Positions 9,760 through 19,504 of a stretch of 64,000 nt of DNA are shown piece by piece. This stretch comes from Carpediemonas membranifera BICM. Lineage: Eukaryota; Protista; Fornicata. The translations under genes and the position numbers were made by a program. The stretch is from NCBI GenBank assembly GCA_019828565.1, contig JAHDYR010000007.1, forward strand, positions 729,333 to 793,332. The letters run 5' to 3'. How positions within the stretch are numbered: the first letter of the stretch is position 1; every line of letters begins with the position of its first letter. The notes under the pieces were generated by a model. That model saw only the letters and a list, made by a program, of their open reading frames with translations. It was not told the origin of the DNA and did no database searches.

Positions 9760-10848
9760 TTACAGCACGCTCTTGGGGAAGAAGCCCTGCTCCACGTACT
9801 CGTTCACCATCTGCCGCAGCTTGCCCTCCGTCATCTGAGTAACACGGTACTTGAAGCCGGTGGCGGTAATGGCGGTGCCGTCGACGTTGAGGTGATTGTT
9901 GCCAAGGACCTCCTTGTCGAGGAACGGGGAGAGCGGCGTGTCGAAGATACCGTCCTTCTTGCACAGCTCGGCCCAGGGCTTGAGGTGCTTGTCGTTGACG
10001 ATGCCGGTGACCATCGAGAGCTTCATCTTGGCGGCCGTGTTCTCGACGGCGGAGACAAAGCCCGTCTTGATGCCGAACATGTTGCCGAGGATCTCGTTGA
10101 TGCTGCCGGCGGTGGTGCACCCGCTGTCCGCGATGTTGTACACGGCCCCGCTGGGAAGCTCCTTGCATGCATGGACGATGGCACGGGCGATGTCGGTGAC
10201 GTGAACCGTGTTGATGCCGAGCTTGCCGTCCCACAGGAACTTCATCTTCTCGCCAAGGTGCTTGTAAACAGCGGCGCAGACGAGGCGGGAGGCAATGACG
10301 CCGTTCTGGTCACCGGGGCCGTAGACGACGGCAGGGCGGAGGATAACATACTGGAGGTCGGGGATCTGAGTCAGCTCGGCTTCAGCCGCGAGCTTGAACT
10401 TGGCGAGGTTGGTGGTGGGGTCCTTGCTGGCGTCCTCGGGGGCGGGCTTCTTAGACGGCTTGAGCACGCGGGCGTCAGAGACCTCAATGAACTTGCTGCC
10501 GGCAGCAGCGGCAGCCTTGGCAACGTTGACGGTGAGGCCTTGGACCTTGTCCTTGTATTCGGTCTCCGCGAGCCCCAGCTTCGTCTCAGCGGCGAGATTG
10601 ATCACGAAGTCGAAGGGGCCGTCTTCGAAAGCGCGCTCGATGTGGTCAGCGCGGGAAAGATCAGCCTGCTTGAATGTAACAATCTCGTTGTCGTAGAGCG
10701 CCTCGTAGGACTCGTGCATGTTGCACATCATGGGCAAGGTCCTGTCAGCGACCTTAATCTTGCTGGCGAGCTTCTCATCGAGCAGATACTTGATGAGATG
10801 GCGACCAATAAAGCCGCAACCACCTAGAATCAGGTAAGAGGAGGACAT
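9760..10848 (-). CDS. NAD-dependent epimerase/dehydratase family protein
   Basis: Rossmann motif ILGGCGFIG, INLAA and LRPAVVYGPGD; strong codon bias. Confidence 0.9.
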   Translation of the reverse strand: MSSSYLILGGCGFIGRHLIKYLLDEKLASKIKVADRTLPMMCNMHESYEALYDNEIVTFKQADLSRADHIERAFEDGPFDFVINLAAETKLGLAETEYKDKVQGLTVNVAKAAAAAGSKFIEVSDARVLKPSKKPAPEDASKDPTTNLAKFKLAAEAELTQIPDLQYVILRPAVVYGPGDQNGVIASRLVCAAVYKHLGEKMKFLWDGKLGINTVHVTDIARAIVHACKELPSGAVYNIADSGCTTAGSINEILGNMFGIKTGFVSAVENTAAKMKLSMVTGIVNDKHLKPWAELCKKDGIFDTPLSPFLDKEVLGNNHLNVDGTAITATGFKYRVTQMTEGKLRQMVNEYVEQGFFPKSVL

Positions 10849-10998
10849 TGAGGGATTTGAGAGTGGTTTGGTGTTGACGTGGCGACTCGGTCACAGTCGC
10901 TCATCCTGACGCACCCGGTTGACGCACTCAAATCTCACAATATCAACCCCACATCAACCTGCACCATTGAATCATCCATTATAAATTTGGTTGTAATT

Positions 10999-11964
10999 TT
11001 ACTGCCCTCCCATGCGACCCATGAGCATCGAAAGCTCGGACTCCAGCATAGCCATGCGGGTCATCGCCTCGTCCTTGAGCGCCGTGGTCCGCTCTATCGC
11101 ATCCTTATCGAGACGCGCCAGCTCCCGCTCGGCCGCAGCCTGCCTCTTGAGCAGACTGCGCTGTCTAGCCGCAAGGACGCGGTTCTTCCCAATCAACGCC
11201 TCCATATCCCGGTCAATCTCCTCAATGGCCGCCTCCATGGCCCCAGACTGCGCCTCCTTCTTACCCAGGATCTTCTCTAGTCTGAAATAGTCGTCGAGGC
11301 TGACGTGCTTGCCCGACTCGTCCTGGTAGATGATAGTGGGCTTGTCAGTGTGCGTCTGGCGGGCGGAGCGGACGCCCACCGTGATCTCAGCCTCATCCTT
11401 GCCCGAGTTGGCCTCTCGCACGACCGCGGCAATGCGGTCGTGTTTGTCCTTCTGGTACAGCAACACCTGGCGCTGGCTGGCAAATGACGCCTCTTTTTCT
11501 TTCAGCAAGGTCTGGAGCCTGTCGCGCTTCATCTCCAGGTTCCTGGTCTCGTTCAACAGAGACATCTGGGAGGTCCCCCCGTCAGTCTCGTTCTGCTCAG
11601 TCAGGCGGACGATCTCCTTGTTCTTGACGCCTTGGAGCACTGAAAGGGCCTTGATCTCCTTCTGGAGGGTCTTAATTTCGTTCTGAGTGGTGTGCAGCTC
11701 GCTCAGCAGGGTCGTGGTAATGTCGTTCGATGCAGCTGGGATGTCGTAATTGTCGAGCATATATGAAGCCTGTTGAATTGTGCGGTCCTTACGGCGGATG
11801 ATGCCCTTCAGGCTTGTTATGGTTGCTTCGTGGGCCTTGACGAGCTCCTTTTGCATCATGATCGTGTCCTGCGTCGAAAGAGAGTCGAAGAGATGATCGC
11901 TCGCAGATTGAGAATCAAGAGACGTTAAATGGTGGTCGCTGCCAGTTTGTGGTTTCAGCGACAT
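10999..11964 (-). CDS. Coiled-coil hypothetical protein
   Basis: Long heptad-rich ORF; ATG at 11964. Confidence 0.6.
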   Translation of the reverse strand: MSLKPQTGSDHHLTSLDSQSASDHLFDSLSTQDTIMMQKELVKAHEATITSLKGIIRRKDRTIQQASYMLDNYDIPAASNDITTTLLSELHTTQNEIKTLQKEIKALSVLQGVKNKEIVRLTEQNETDGGTSQMSLLNETRNLEMKRDRLQTLLKEKEASFASQRQVLLYQKDKHDRIAAVVREANSGKDEAEITVGVRSARQTHTDKPTIIYQDESGKHVSLDDYFRLEKILGKKEAQSGAMEAAIEEIDRDMEALIGKNRVLAARQRSLLKRQAAAERELARLDKDAIERTTALKDEAMTRMAMLESELSMLMGRMGGQ

Positions 11965-12172
11965 TGGATCAAGGTGTTGTTGTGTCGTCGACGTTTTCTG
12001 CGCCAGAAAAATTGACACACGCCCATATAGCGGGTACAGGGGTCTGCGAGGGGCGTGAGACAGGTGTATGGGTCTGCACACGAAGTCTAATGCATCAGGC
12101 AGCACCGGTGCAAGAAAAAATGGCTTGCGTGAAAAAAGCTGGCGATCGAGTGATCAAGGTCGAACTCACCGA

Positions 12173-13255
12173 ATGGCGAAGAAGGCCGGAGGAAAGGGAG
12201 CCCCCGCAGCTGGTACGTATCATTTCAATCTCTAGAAGCGAATACTGTGGTGAGAAGGTTGCAACTTGAGGACATCTGATGGGTCCATCCATTGTGACGG
12301 AACCATCGCAGTGCAATTACCATCCAGTGGTTGCACCGACATGCTCTCATGACCTGCAATCAGTACTTCCCAGGCTTGCTTCAAGGATTAACCTACCAAC
12401 TTTTCTCACGCAGGCAAGAAGGCGACAGTGATGAAAGCCAATATGAAGGAGGTCGAGGACAAAACCTTTGGTATGAAGAACAAGAACAAGTCCAAGAAGA
12501 TCCAAAAGCAGATTGCGGAGATGAAATCCCAGGCCCGTGCCAAGGCTGAAGGGACCCGCCCCCAGTCGATGTCGGCGATCAGCGCGGAAGAGAAGAAGCG
12601 CAAGGAGCAGGAGAAGAAGAAGAAGGAACTCGAAGCACTCATGCGCTCCCTCGGATTCGCCCAGGAGTCCAAGAAGAAGGAGGTGGACAAGACGAAGAAG
12701 CTCGACATTTACCTCGACCCTAGAGACATGGCCAAGGCCCAGGAGGAGGCAGAGAAGGAAGAAACCATGGAGGACTGGGACCAGGCGAAGCTGGAGGATG
12801 TTATTCGCCAGAAACACTCACACGAGGGCAAGAAGGCCCAGACGACCATCGTCTGCAAGTACTTCCTCGATGCCCTCGAGAAGAGGCGCTACGGGTGGCG
12901 CTGGAAGTGTCCCAACGGCGATACGTGCATCTACAGACACGCCCTCCCGCCCGGCTTCGTGCTGCAGGATAAGGTGGCTGTTGTTACGAATGATATGGAC
13001 GAGAACAAAATCGAGGAGATCATCGAGGAGAAGCGGAAGCTGATTACGAACGGCACGCCCGTTACACCAGAGACGTTTGCGGCATGGAAGGAGAAGCGCG
13101 TAGCCAAGGCCAAGCAGGCGAGCGATGAGCAGGCTGACCGCAAGAAGGACGCCGCGCAGAAGAAGGAGTTCTCCAGGCTCTTCGGGTTGTCAGGTCGGGC
13201 ACTGTTTGCGTATCAGCCCGAGGCGTTCCAGGACGACGACGGGACGGGGGAGTAG
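12173..13255 (+). CDS. ZC3H15: ZC3H15/TMA46 (DFRP1) CCCH zinc-finger protein; intron 12213-12413
   Basis: EDKTFGMKNK, DIYLDPRD, MEDWDQAKLEDVI, VCKYFLDALE...YGWRWKCPNGDTCIYRHALPPG. Exon 1 (MAKKAGGKGAPAA) splices in frame via GTACGT...CTCACGCAG. Confidence 0.9.
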
Positions 13256-13358
13256 AGGCATGTTAAATACACAGGCTTAGGGGCACACACAGTATGCTGC
13301 CAGTCGGCATGGTTGTCGCGGCATAATGCGGCCGGCCGCAGGTTATGCGCGAAGAAGA

Positions 13359-14357
13359 ATGGCTTTTCACGCGTTTGCATCAGAAGCACCGTTTGAGTTC
13401 ACCGATTTCAGCAAACCTAAGCTTTCTAGGTGGACTGATGTGGAGGACGATTTCTATACATCCCAGAAGGAAGTGGTACCGGGATTCAAAATCGGAAGTG
13501 AGATCCCGCCGAACCTGCCCGCTGGACTCTCGGAATATGAGCTCCGTGCAATTGAAGCAACCGTTCGCGTGCATGATATCGCTCAGAAGCTTGAAAACGG
13601 CGTGATCACGCCGTACGATGAGGAGGCTGCTGTCCTCGACGATTTGCTCAAGAACTCGATGCAGAGCACCGCAAGAGGCTCTGAAGCACTCACCAACTGG
13701 ATGCATGAGACCATAGAGCAAGCGATGACCACCAACCACCTCTTCTTTGTCCCATCGAACCGCATCAACCGGCCCGACAAGATCCGGACCAAGGTCATGC
13801 TTGGCTCCGTCCAGGCCCAGCACCCCGATATGAACTACTCTGGGCAGATCATCGGACCGAAGGGGGCGACCCTCAAGGCCATGGAAGCTGAATCTGGGAC
13901 GAAGATCTCCGTACGAGGCCAGGGTGCGAGTAACGACGGGGCAGGCCGGGCAGAGACGGACGAGGAGCTGCATGTGGCTATAGAAGGTGACACTATCATC
14001 CAAGTGCTCCGGGCCCGTCGGATGATCTGGGAAGTCATTGAGGACCCCGAGCTCAAGCAGGCGCAGCTGAGAATGCTTGCGGCGATGAACGGGACGAAGA
14101 ACTTCCTTGCCTGCCGGTTCTGCGGTGGCCAGCACAACTCGGAGGATTGCCGGTACGCCCCGTCGGTCACCAAGGACGTCGTGCTCAAGGAGGAGGTGGA
14201 TGCCGACAAGGACCTCGACGCCTTCCTCGACGACATCGACGGCGTGGGCGATGTTGTCGCCCACCCATGGCTTGCGGAGGCGGCTGAGAATGCGGCCCCC
14301 GAAGCCCCGCCGCCGCCACCCGCGGACGACTTCATGCCGCCCATGCCTGGGCTGTGA
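13359..14357 (+). CDS. SF1: Splicing factor 1 / branchpoint-binding protein
   Basis: ULM-like KLSRW, KH domain NYSGQIIGPKGATLKAMEAESGTKISVRGQG, QUA2-like LKQAQLRMLAAMNGT and a Zn knuckle CRFCGGQHNSEDC. Confidence 0.9.
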   Translation: MAFHAFASEAPFEFTDFSKPKLSRWTDVEDDFYTSQKEVVPGFKIGSEIPPNLPAGLSEYELRAIEATVRVHDIAQKLENGVITPYDEEAAVLDDLLKNSMQSTARGSEALTNWMHETIEQAMTTNHLFFVPSNRINRPDKIRTKVMLGSVQAQHPDMNYSGQIIGPKGATLKAMEAESGTKISVRGQGASNDGAGRAETDEELHVAIEGDTIIQVLRARRMIWEVIEDPELKQAQLRMLAAMNGTKNFLACRFCGGQHNSEDCRYAPSVTKDVVLKEEVDADKDLDAFLDDIDGVGDVVAHPWLAEAAENAAPEAPPPPPADDFMPPMPGL

Positions 14358-14584
14358 GGCTGGGATGAGAATATGATGGAGTATAGGCAGGTATATTGTT
14401 GGCAGGAAAAGGGGGATGGCCAAGGAAACCAGTTGCAGCATGGTTCGCCAAGTGGAGGTGACCCTATGAGTTGGTCCAGCAATGACGCAAGCAATGATTC
14501 GGGAAGAGGCCAGGCTCGCGATTGGTTAAACAAATGTCTCTGTCTCTTTACTTGGGTCTATTACTTTACAGCCGCCTCTCCACC

Positions 14585-15154
14585 CTAGCATAGGGGGATG
14601 TAGCTCTTGTGCTTCACCTCCATGGCATGCTCGCAGAAACCGCAACGCATCATCGACGAATGCCTGCTGACCTTGGTTGTGCGGCGGCAACAAGGGCAGA
14701 CGATGTCGTGGAAGTCGGGCATCTGGCCGTGGCAAAGCGTGTGCCGCATGCCTCGATGGGCGGGCGAATGCATCTCCGATTCGAGGGGACGACGGGTATG
14801 GGATTGTTGCAGCGGCTTATTAGCGCCATTAGTGCTGTTCTGAGAGTGATGGTGGCTGTCAATAATGATGTTGGTGATCATATCGCTGTTTTCGAGCTGG
14901 TTGCTGCTGGCCATAGCAACGTGTCGCGTATCGGCGTGTCTCGTGCTTGATAATTCGGAGGGAATGAAGTCTTCAGTGCTAGTATGAACCATGTTTGTCA
15001 GTTTTGGGGCTTTCCTGGCGGTAGAAATTGTGGCGTGCATCGTCGTCCTCGTGACAGGCTGGCCTTGAAATATCTCACAAAACGGTCTGAGTGAATCTGC
15101 TATATTGTGACCGGGTTGGGCTAGCTGAGATCGTTGGGTCTTTTTGCTTGACAT
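14585..15154 (-). CDS. Hypothetical protein with C-terminal Zn ribbon
   Basis: CPCC...CGFC motif. Confidence 0.45.
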   Translation of the reverse strand: MSSKKTQRSQLAQPGHNIADSLRPFCEIFQGQPVTRTTMHATISTARKAPKLTNMVHTSTEDFIPSELSSTRHADTRHVAMASSNQLENSDMITNIIIDSHHHSQNSTNGANKPLQQSHTRRPLESEMHSPAHRGMRHTLCHGQMPDFHDIVCPCCRRTTKVSRHSSMMRCGFCEHAMEVKHKSYIPLC

Positions 15155-15356
15155 TTTCGACCCTGCAATGCAATGACGCAGTTTAATACAGCAGCAGTCG
15201 GGAAGGGGGAGAAAAGAAGGCGAGGCAGGCAGATTCATAGCATCTGCTCACTCTAACAGCCCCCTTTGACCGGTTTCCGGTCGGATGCATCCGGGCATCA
15301 AGATGATGTTGATCCAGCCTGGGCAGCCCTGACCAAAACAACGACAGAACAACAAG

Positions 15357-16721
15357 ATGCTTCGTGGCGCTACTAAATTCCTCTCTGCAACCTCATACGT
15401 GAACCCAGAGACGCAGGTATTCACCACATACGCTGGTGATGCCTCCAACATGATCTCCACCTCCCACTGGGACTGGAACGACAAGATCAACATCCCCGAG
15501 CCCACATTCGAGCGGTACTACACGCACCACAGGGGCCCTATCACCAACCTCGTCTTCAACCCCGTCAAGGATGAAATGGTCTCGGCCTCGTGGGACCGCA
15601 CCATCGTCGTCCAGAAGGCCTCCACTGGCGATGAGATCATGGCGATGCGCGGCCACACCGACTTCATCAAGGACCTGCAGCCCCTGGGCGACCGAGTATT
15701 CGTCACTTCTTCGGCAGACGCCGAGCTGCGGTGGTGGGACACCAAGGAGGGCACGTGCATCGCCACCAGGGTCAAGTCCGAGGAGGAGGGCCACACCAGG
15801 TCCATCGAGTCCATCGCGGTGGTCCCCCTCCGCACGGCCCACCCCACCAAGGCCTCGTACGCCGTCTTCTCCACCGGGTCGGACCGCCGCATCATCCTCT
15901 GGCTCGTCTCATTCACCCCCGACACCCCGGCCGACATCGAGGTCAAGTTCATCGCCGCCACCACTCGCAAGGTCGAGGGTGGGTTGAAGCCCATCCACGA
16001 GACGACGATCTGGCACATCACGGCGAACGAAAGCATGCTCGTAACAGCCTCGGCGGACTACAGCGCCAAGATCTGGTCGATCGAGCGGGTGATAGCCCTG
16101 CTGGAAGATGATACCGACCCCCGCGACGCCTTTGCCGAGGCCTTCAGGGTCGAGGAGAAGTCCGTCGACGCTGAGGATGCGACCCGCTGGAACCCCAACT
16201 CCATGAGCGTCGCTGCCATGAAGGCCGCCCTCGCAACCGCCCCGATGCCGCAGCTCGACGGCCTCGTCCACGACGACTGGGTGGCCCGGACTTGCATCGA
16301 TCAGGAGGCCGGGCACGTTTACACGGCCTCCCGGGACGGGGTCATCAAGCAGTGGAGTCTGGCCGGAGAGCCGATCAAGGCCATCAAGGTCAGGTCGGAG
16401 GGGGCCGTCCGGGGTTCGATGACCAGCGGTGAAGACGACTCGAAGCAGATCAGCAGCATGCAGGTCGTCAAGTGGCGCGGGAAGAAGTACATCGTGATTT
16501 CGTCGCATGATGCTACGATTCAGCTCATCCCGACCGACTTCAAGCCGTTCGAGCCCAAGATTGAGCAGAAGCCCGAGGAGCCCAAGGAGGAGAAGGATGA
16601 CGACGATGACGACTTTGATCTCGACGAGGACGACCTCCCCGACGAGGTCAAGGAGATGCAGCGGCAGAGGTTCCTGGCGATGATGCGGGGCGGGTCGTGC
16701 ATGGGGTCCTGCCGCAAGTAG
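15357..16721 (+). CDS. WD40-repeat protein
   Basis: Several GH...S.D...WD repeats (SASWDRTI, GHTDFI, SADAELRWWD, SADYSAKIW). Confidence 0.85.
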   Translation: MLRGATKFLSATSYVNPETQVFTTYAGDASNMISTSHWDWNDKINIPEPTFERYYTHHRGPITNLVFNPVKDEMVSASWDRTIVVQKASTGDEIMAMRGHTDFIKDLQPLGDRVFVTSSADAELRWWDTKEGTCIATRVKSEEEGHTRSIESIAVVPLRTAHPTKASYAVFSTGSDRRIILWLVSFTPDTPADIEVKFIAATTRKVEGGLKPIHETTIWHITANESMLVTASADYSAKIWSIERVIALLEDDTDPRDAFAEAFRVEEKSVDAEDATRWNPNSMSVAAMKAALATAPMPQLDGLVHDDWVARTCIDQEAGHVYTASRDGVIKQWSLAGEPIKAIKVRSEGAVRGSMTSGEDDSKQISSMQVVKWRGKKYIVISSHDATIQLIPTDFKPFEPKIEQKPEEPKEEKDDDDDDFDLDEDDLPDEVKEMQRQRFLAMMRGGSCMGSCRK

Positions 16722-16831
16722 GGGAATGTACAGTGCTGGTAAACACGGATAGAATCGTAAACTCACGGGTGTTAACATTTCCAGTTGCACAACAAGTTTA
16801 TGTTCAAATCAAGCAGTTTACGACCCCAACC

Positions 16832-17764
16832 CTAGTAATAGTAGGGGCTGATCGGGTCCTCGCCGACCATGACTGTGTAGTGAAGGCCCGACTGGTGTAT
16901 GCGGCTTCGGTGATGGTCGTCCCGGCTGTGGTCGACAATCCGGGCCTGCTTGGCGTGTCTGATCATATCCGCCGCGCTGAGTCCGAGTCGTAGTGCGATG
17001 CTGGACGGCACTCCCGAGGGGCCATGGAGGGCAGTGAACCCACCACCCCGACGTCTCAGCTGTAGCTTCTCCCACCAGCCAAACTTGGCCTTGTCCCACA
17101 CCCCCGACATAGCCCGCTCGTGCTCGGTAAGACCATCCGGGCCAACCCTTACGGCGTTGTTGACATCGGGTGCAGGCTGCTCCAGACCGTCCTTACGAAG
17201 GAGATAGGAGCAGATGTGTGGCCCCTCTTCCGCAGTAACGACGACATATTCCGGGTAGAGGACGCTGTACGCGAAGTCAACGATGGTCTGACCGTCGGTT
17301 ACAGTGAACGACTTCGCCAGACGCCGCATAGTTTTGGCGTTGCATGTGTCGGGCATTACAAACCAGACCCCGAAGTTGTCACTGCTCCACGTGAGGAGAC
17401 GGCGAGTCGAGCCAACTGAGATGACTCCGAGCTGAGTGCCGTCAGTCGACCAGGTCGGCAGGCGGCCGGGCAGAGTGCAGATTGGATGGAGGTCGGAGAG
17501 GTGAAGACCTTGATAAATTGGTGGTATGTCTCTGTGATGACTTCCATCGCTAAGAACTTGCCGGCTGGGTCGAAGACGACGTTCTCGATGGTCTTGGCGA
17601 AATGTGTGTCGGGAAGGCATCGACTGTTCGTCAATGGCGAAGAAGGGCAGTGTGACAGTGCCGAACATCTGGTATTCGAGACGCAGCTCGGGCAGCTGGG
17701 CCATTGTGGAAGCGTAGGTCAGACGGTACTGGCGATCGAGCTTCGTAGCTAGAGTAGAAGTCAC
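16832..17764 (-). CDS. Hypothetical beta-propeller-like protein; possible compensating frameshifts ~17480-17605
   Basis: The alternative frame (IENVVFDPAGKFLAMEV) looks more propeller-like than the main frame in that interval. Confidence 0.4.
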   Translation of the reverse strand: MTSTLATKLDRQYRLTYASTMAQLPELRLEYQMFGTVTLPFFAIDEQSMPSRHTFRQDHRERRLRPSRQVLSDGSHHRDIPPIYQGLHLSDLHPICTLPGRLPTWSTDGTQLGVISVGSTRRLLTWSSDNFGVWFVMPDTCNAKTMRRLAKSFTVTDGQTIVDFAYSVLYPEYVVVTAEEGPHICSYLLRKDGLEQPAPDVNNAVRVGPDGLTEHERAMSGVWDKAKFGWWEKLQLRRRGGGFTALHGPSGVPSSIALRLGLSAADMIRHAKQARIVDHSRDDHHRSRIHQSGLHYTVMVGEDPISPYYY

Positions 17765-17807
17765 GAAGTCTTGTTGCCTTAAACTGCCGCCAGCAAAAGT
17801 TGATCAT

Positions 17808-19138
17808 TTACTGCACAAGCATGGCGCTGACTGTCCCTAGATCGGCCGCGCCAGTCTGCTGCAGCGCCACGTGGCCGTCGCGGGCCTGCTCGAGCAGCAC
17901 GCCGAACAGGGCGGCGAGCTCGTGGCGGCGATTGCCGGTCTCCTTCACGTGGTCGAGCAGGTCTGTCTTGACGTCGTGCTGCGCGCCGTCGCCGAGGGCG
18001 TTGAGGGCGCGGGCCCTGATCTCGTCTGCGGTGAGCTGGTCGAAGCCGGCGCCCTCGAAGTCGGAGTCTGGCATGAAGCCACGCTGGCCGCCGTCGAAGC
18101 TCTCGTTGATGGAGAAGTTGAACTCGTCGTCGCTCACGACGCTGCTCTTCTTGGTGCGCCGCTTGCGCCTGGGCGTCTTGGCAGCGGGCTCGGGGTCGGC
18201 GCTGGCGTCCGCGGCGAGGCGGGCGGCGATCCGCTTGGCCAGCCACGCGCTGGGCAGCACCTCGGTCAGGAAGCTCTCGTCGAAGCCGTTGCTCGGGAGC
18301 CAGCCGACGTCGCCGATGACGGGGCGGGGCTCGGTCGTCTCGTGCGAGTGGGCCAGCGCGTGCCGGATCTGATCGTCCGTGAGCGAGATGCGCTTGTCGC
18401 GCTGGATCTTCCTGGGCCGCATGGCGCGTCGGCGGGGCTGGCGGGCGGGCGTGGGCGTCGCGAGGTTGGGGGCAGGCTCGCTCAGAGGCGACAGCGGGGC
18501 GAGCGCCAGGCTGTCGTCGAGGTTGGTCGCGGGCATGGGCACGCCGTCGTCCTCCCAGAACTCGTGGACGGGCATGTCGTCGTCCGGAATGAAGTTAGGC
18601 GGGATGAGGCCCTGCGAGCCGGGCACGGACGCGTGCGCCGAGCCGTGCTGCGAGGACTGCGTCGTGAGGACGCGCGTGAAGAGGTCGGAGTAGTTGCGGA
18701 TGTCGTCGACGCCCGCCTCCAGGATGTCGTCGAAGTCGATATCGAGGTCGAGGTCGTTGGCGGCGGGCTCGCGGATGGTGCGGGGCTTGCGCTTCTTGTT
18801 CTTCTTGGTCTTAGTGGCGGACACGGTGGCGCGGAAGATGGTGTCGTCGACGTCCTCTGGGTGAGCGTGGCGGGGCGAACGAACTGAGAAGGAAGCGGGT
18901 TTTCGAATCGTGGATCCTCGCGGCGCCGCAGATGAGGATACCCAGTTGGGGTAGCAGCAAAGAGTCCAGGACCTCTTGCTGGCTGATCTTGTCGATCACA
19001 TCGCCAATTTTCACCCGATCGGACACTGCTCGGCTCACGGTAGCGCGCGAAAGGCCGCTCTTCCTACGTGAGTGTGTATATCTGTACATACCATACGGCC
19101 GTCACGTCCCTGTCGCGGAGCATCGTCGATGTGAACAT
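17808..19138 (-). CDS. Rad21/Rec8-family cohesin kleisin; two 28-nt introns (19064-19091, 18857-18884)
   Basis: The spliced N-terminus reads MFTSTMLRDRDVTAVWKSG...LGILICGAARIHDSKTRFLLKD. C-terminal winged helix RHELAALFGVLLEQARDGHVALQQ. Confidence 0.82.
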
Positions 19139-19504
19139 CTTTGCTCGATCACTTGCTCTTCAACTTTCCGGCATATGATTTGAACGCGTCAAACGGCCCG
19201 ACCGCGCCGGGGGCTGCGCGTGTGCATTGGGGAGTGGGACTCGGCGTTCATGCCCCCATGGCCTGCGGGAGCACCAACTGCGTGGCCTGGGTACGAGATC
19301 CGGTGGAAGCAGATTCATTCAGACAAAATCAAAGCTCATGCCTTGTATCCGGCATCCATCAACCAATGTAACCAATGTATACTCCGATCAACAAAGGGCT
19401 CATGCGGCTCAGCACCCCCTTCAGCTCTGAAGAAGGCGACCCCCTCATTCGAGTAAAGGATAAAGAATCGGGGATGCATGACAGTATGTCACACAGTATA
19501 ACCC

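Noticed and set aside
9652-10827. Long antisense ORFs (also 42362-43528, 21106-22335, 54578-55981, 17871-18887)
   Set aside because: Shadow frames of GC3-rich coding genes, with no motifs of their own.
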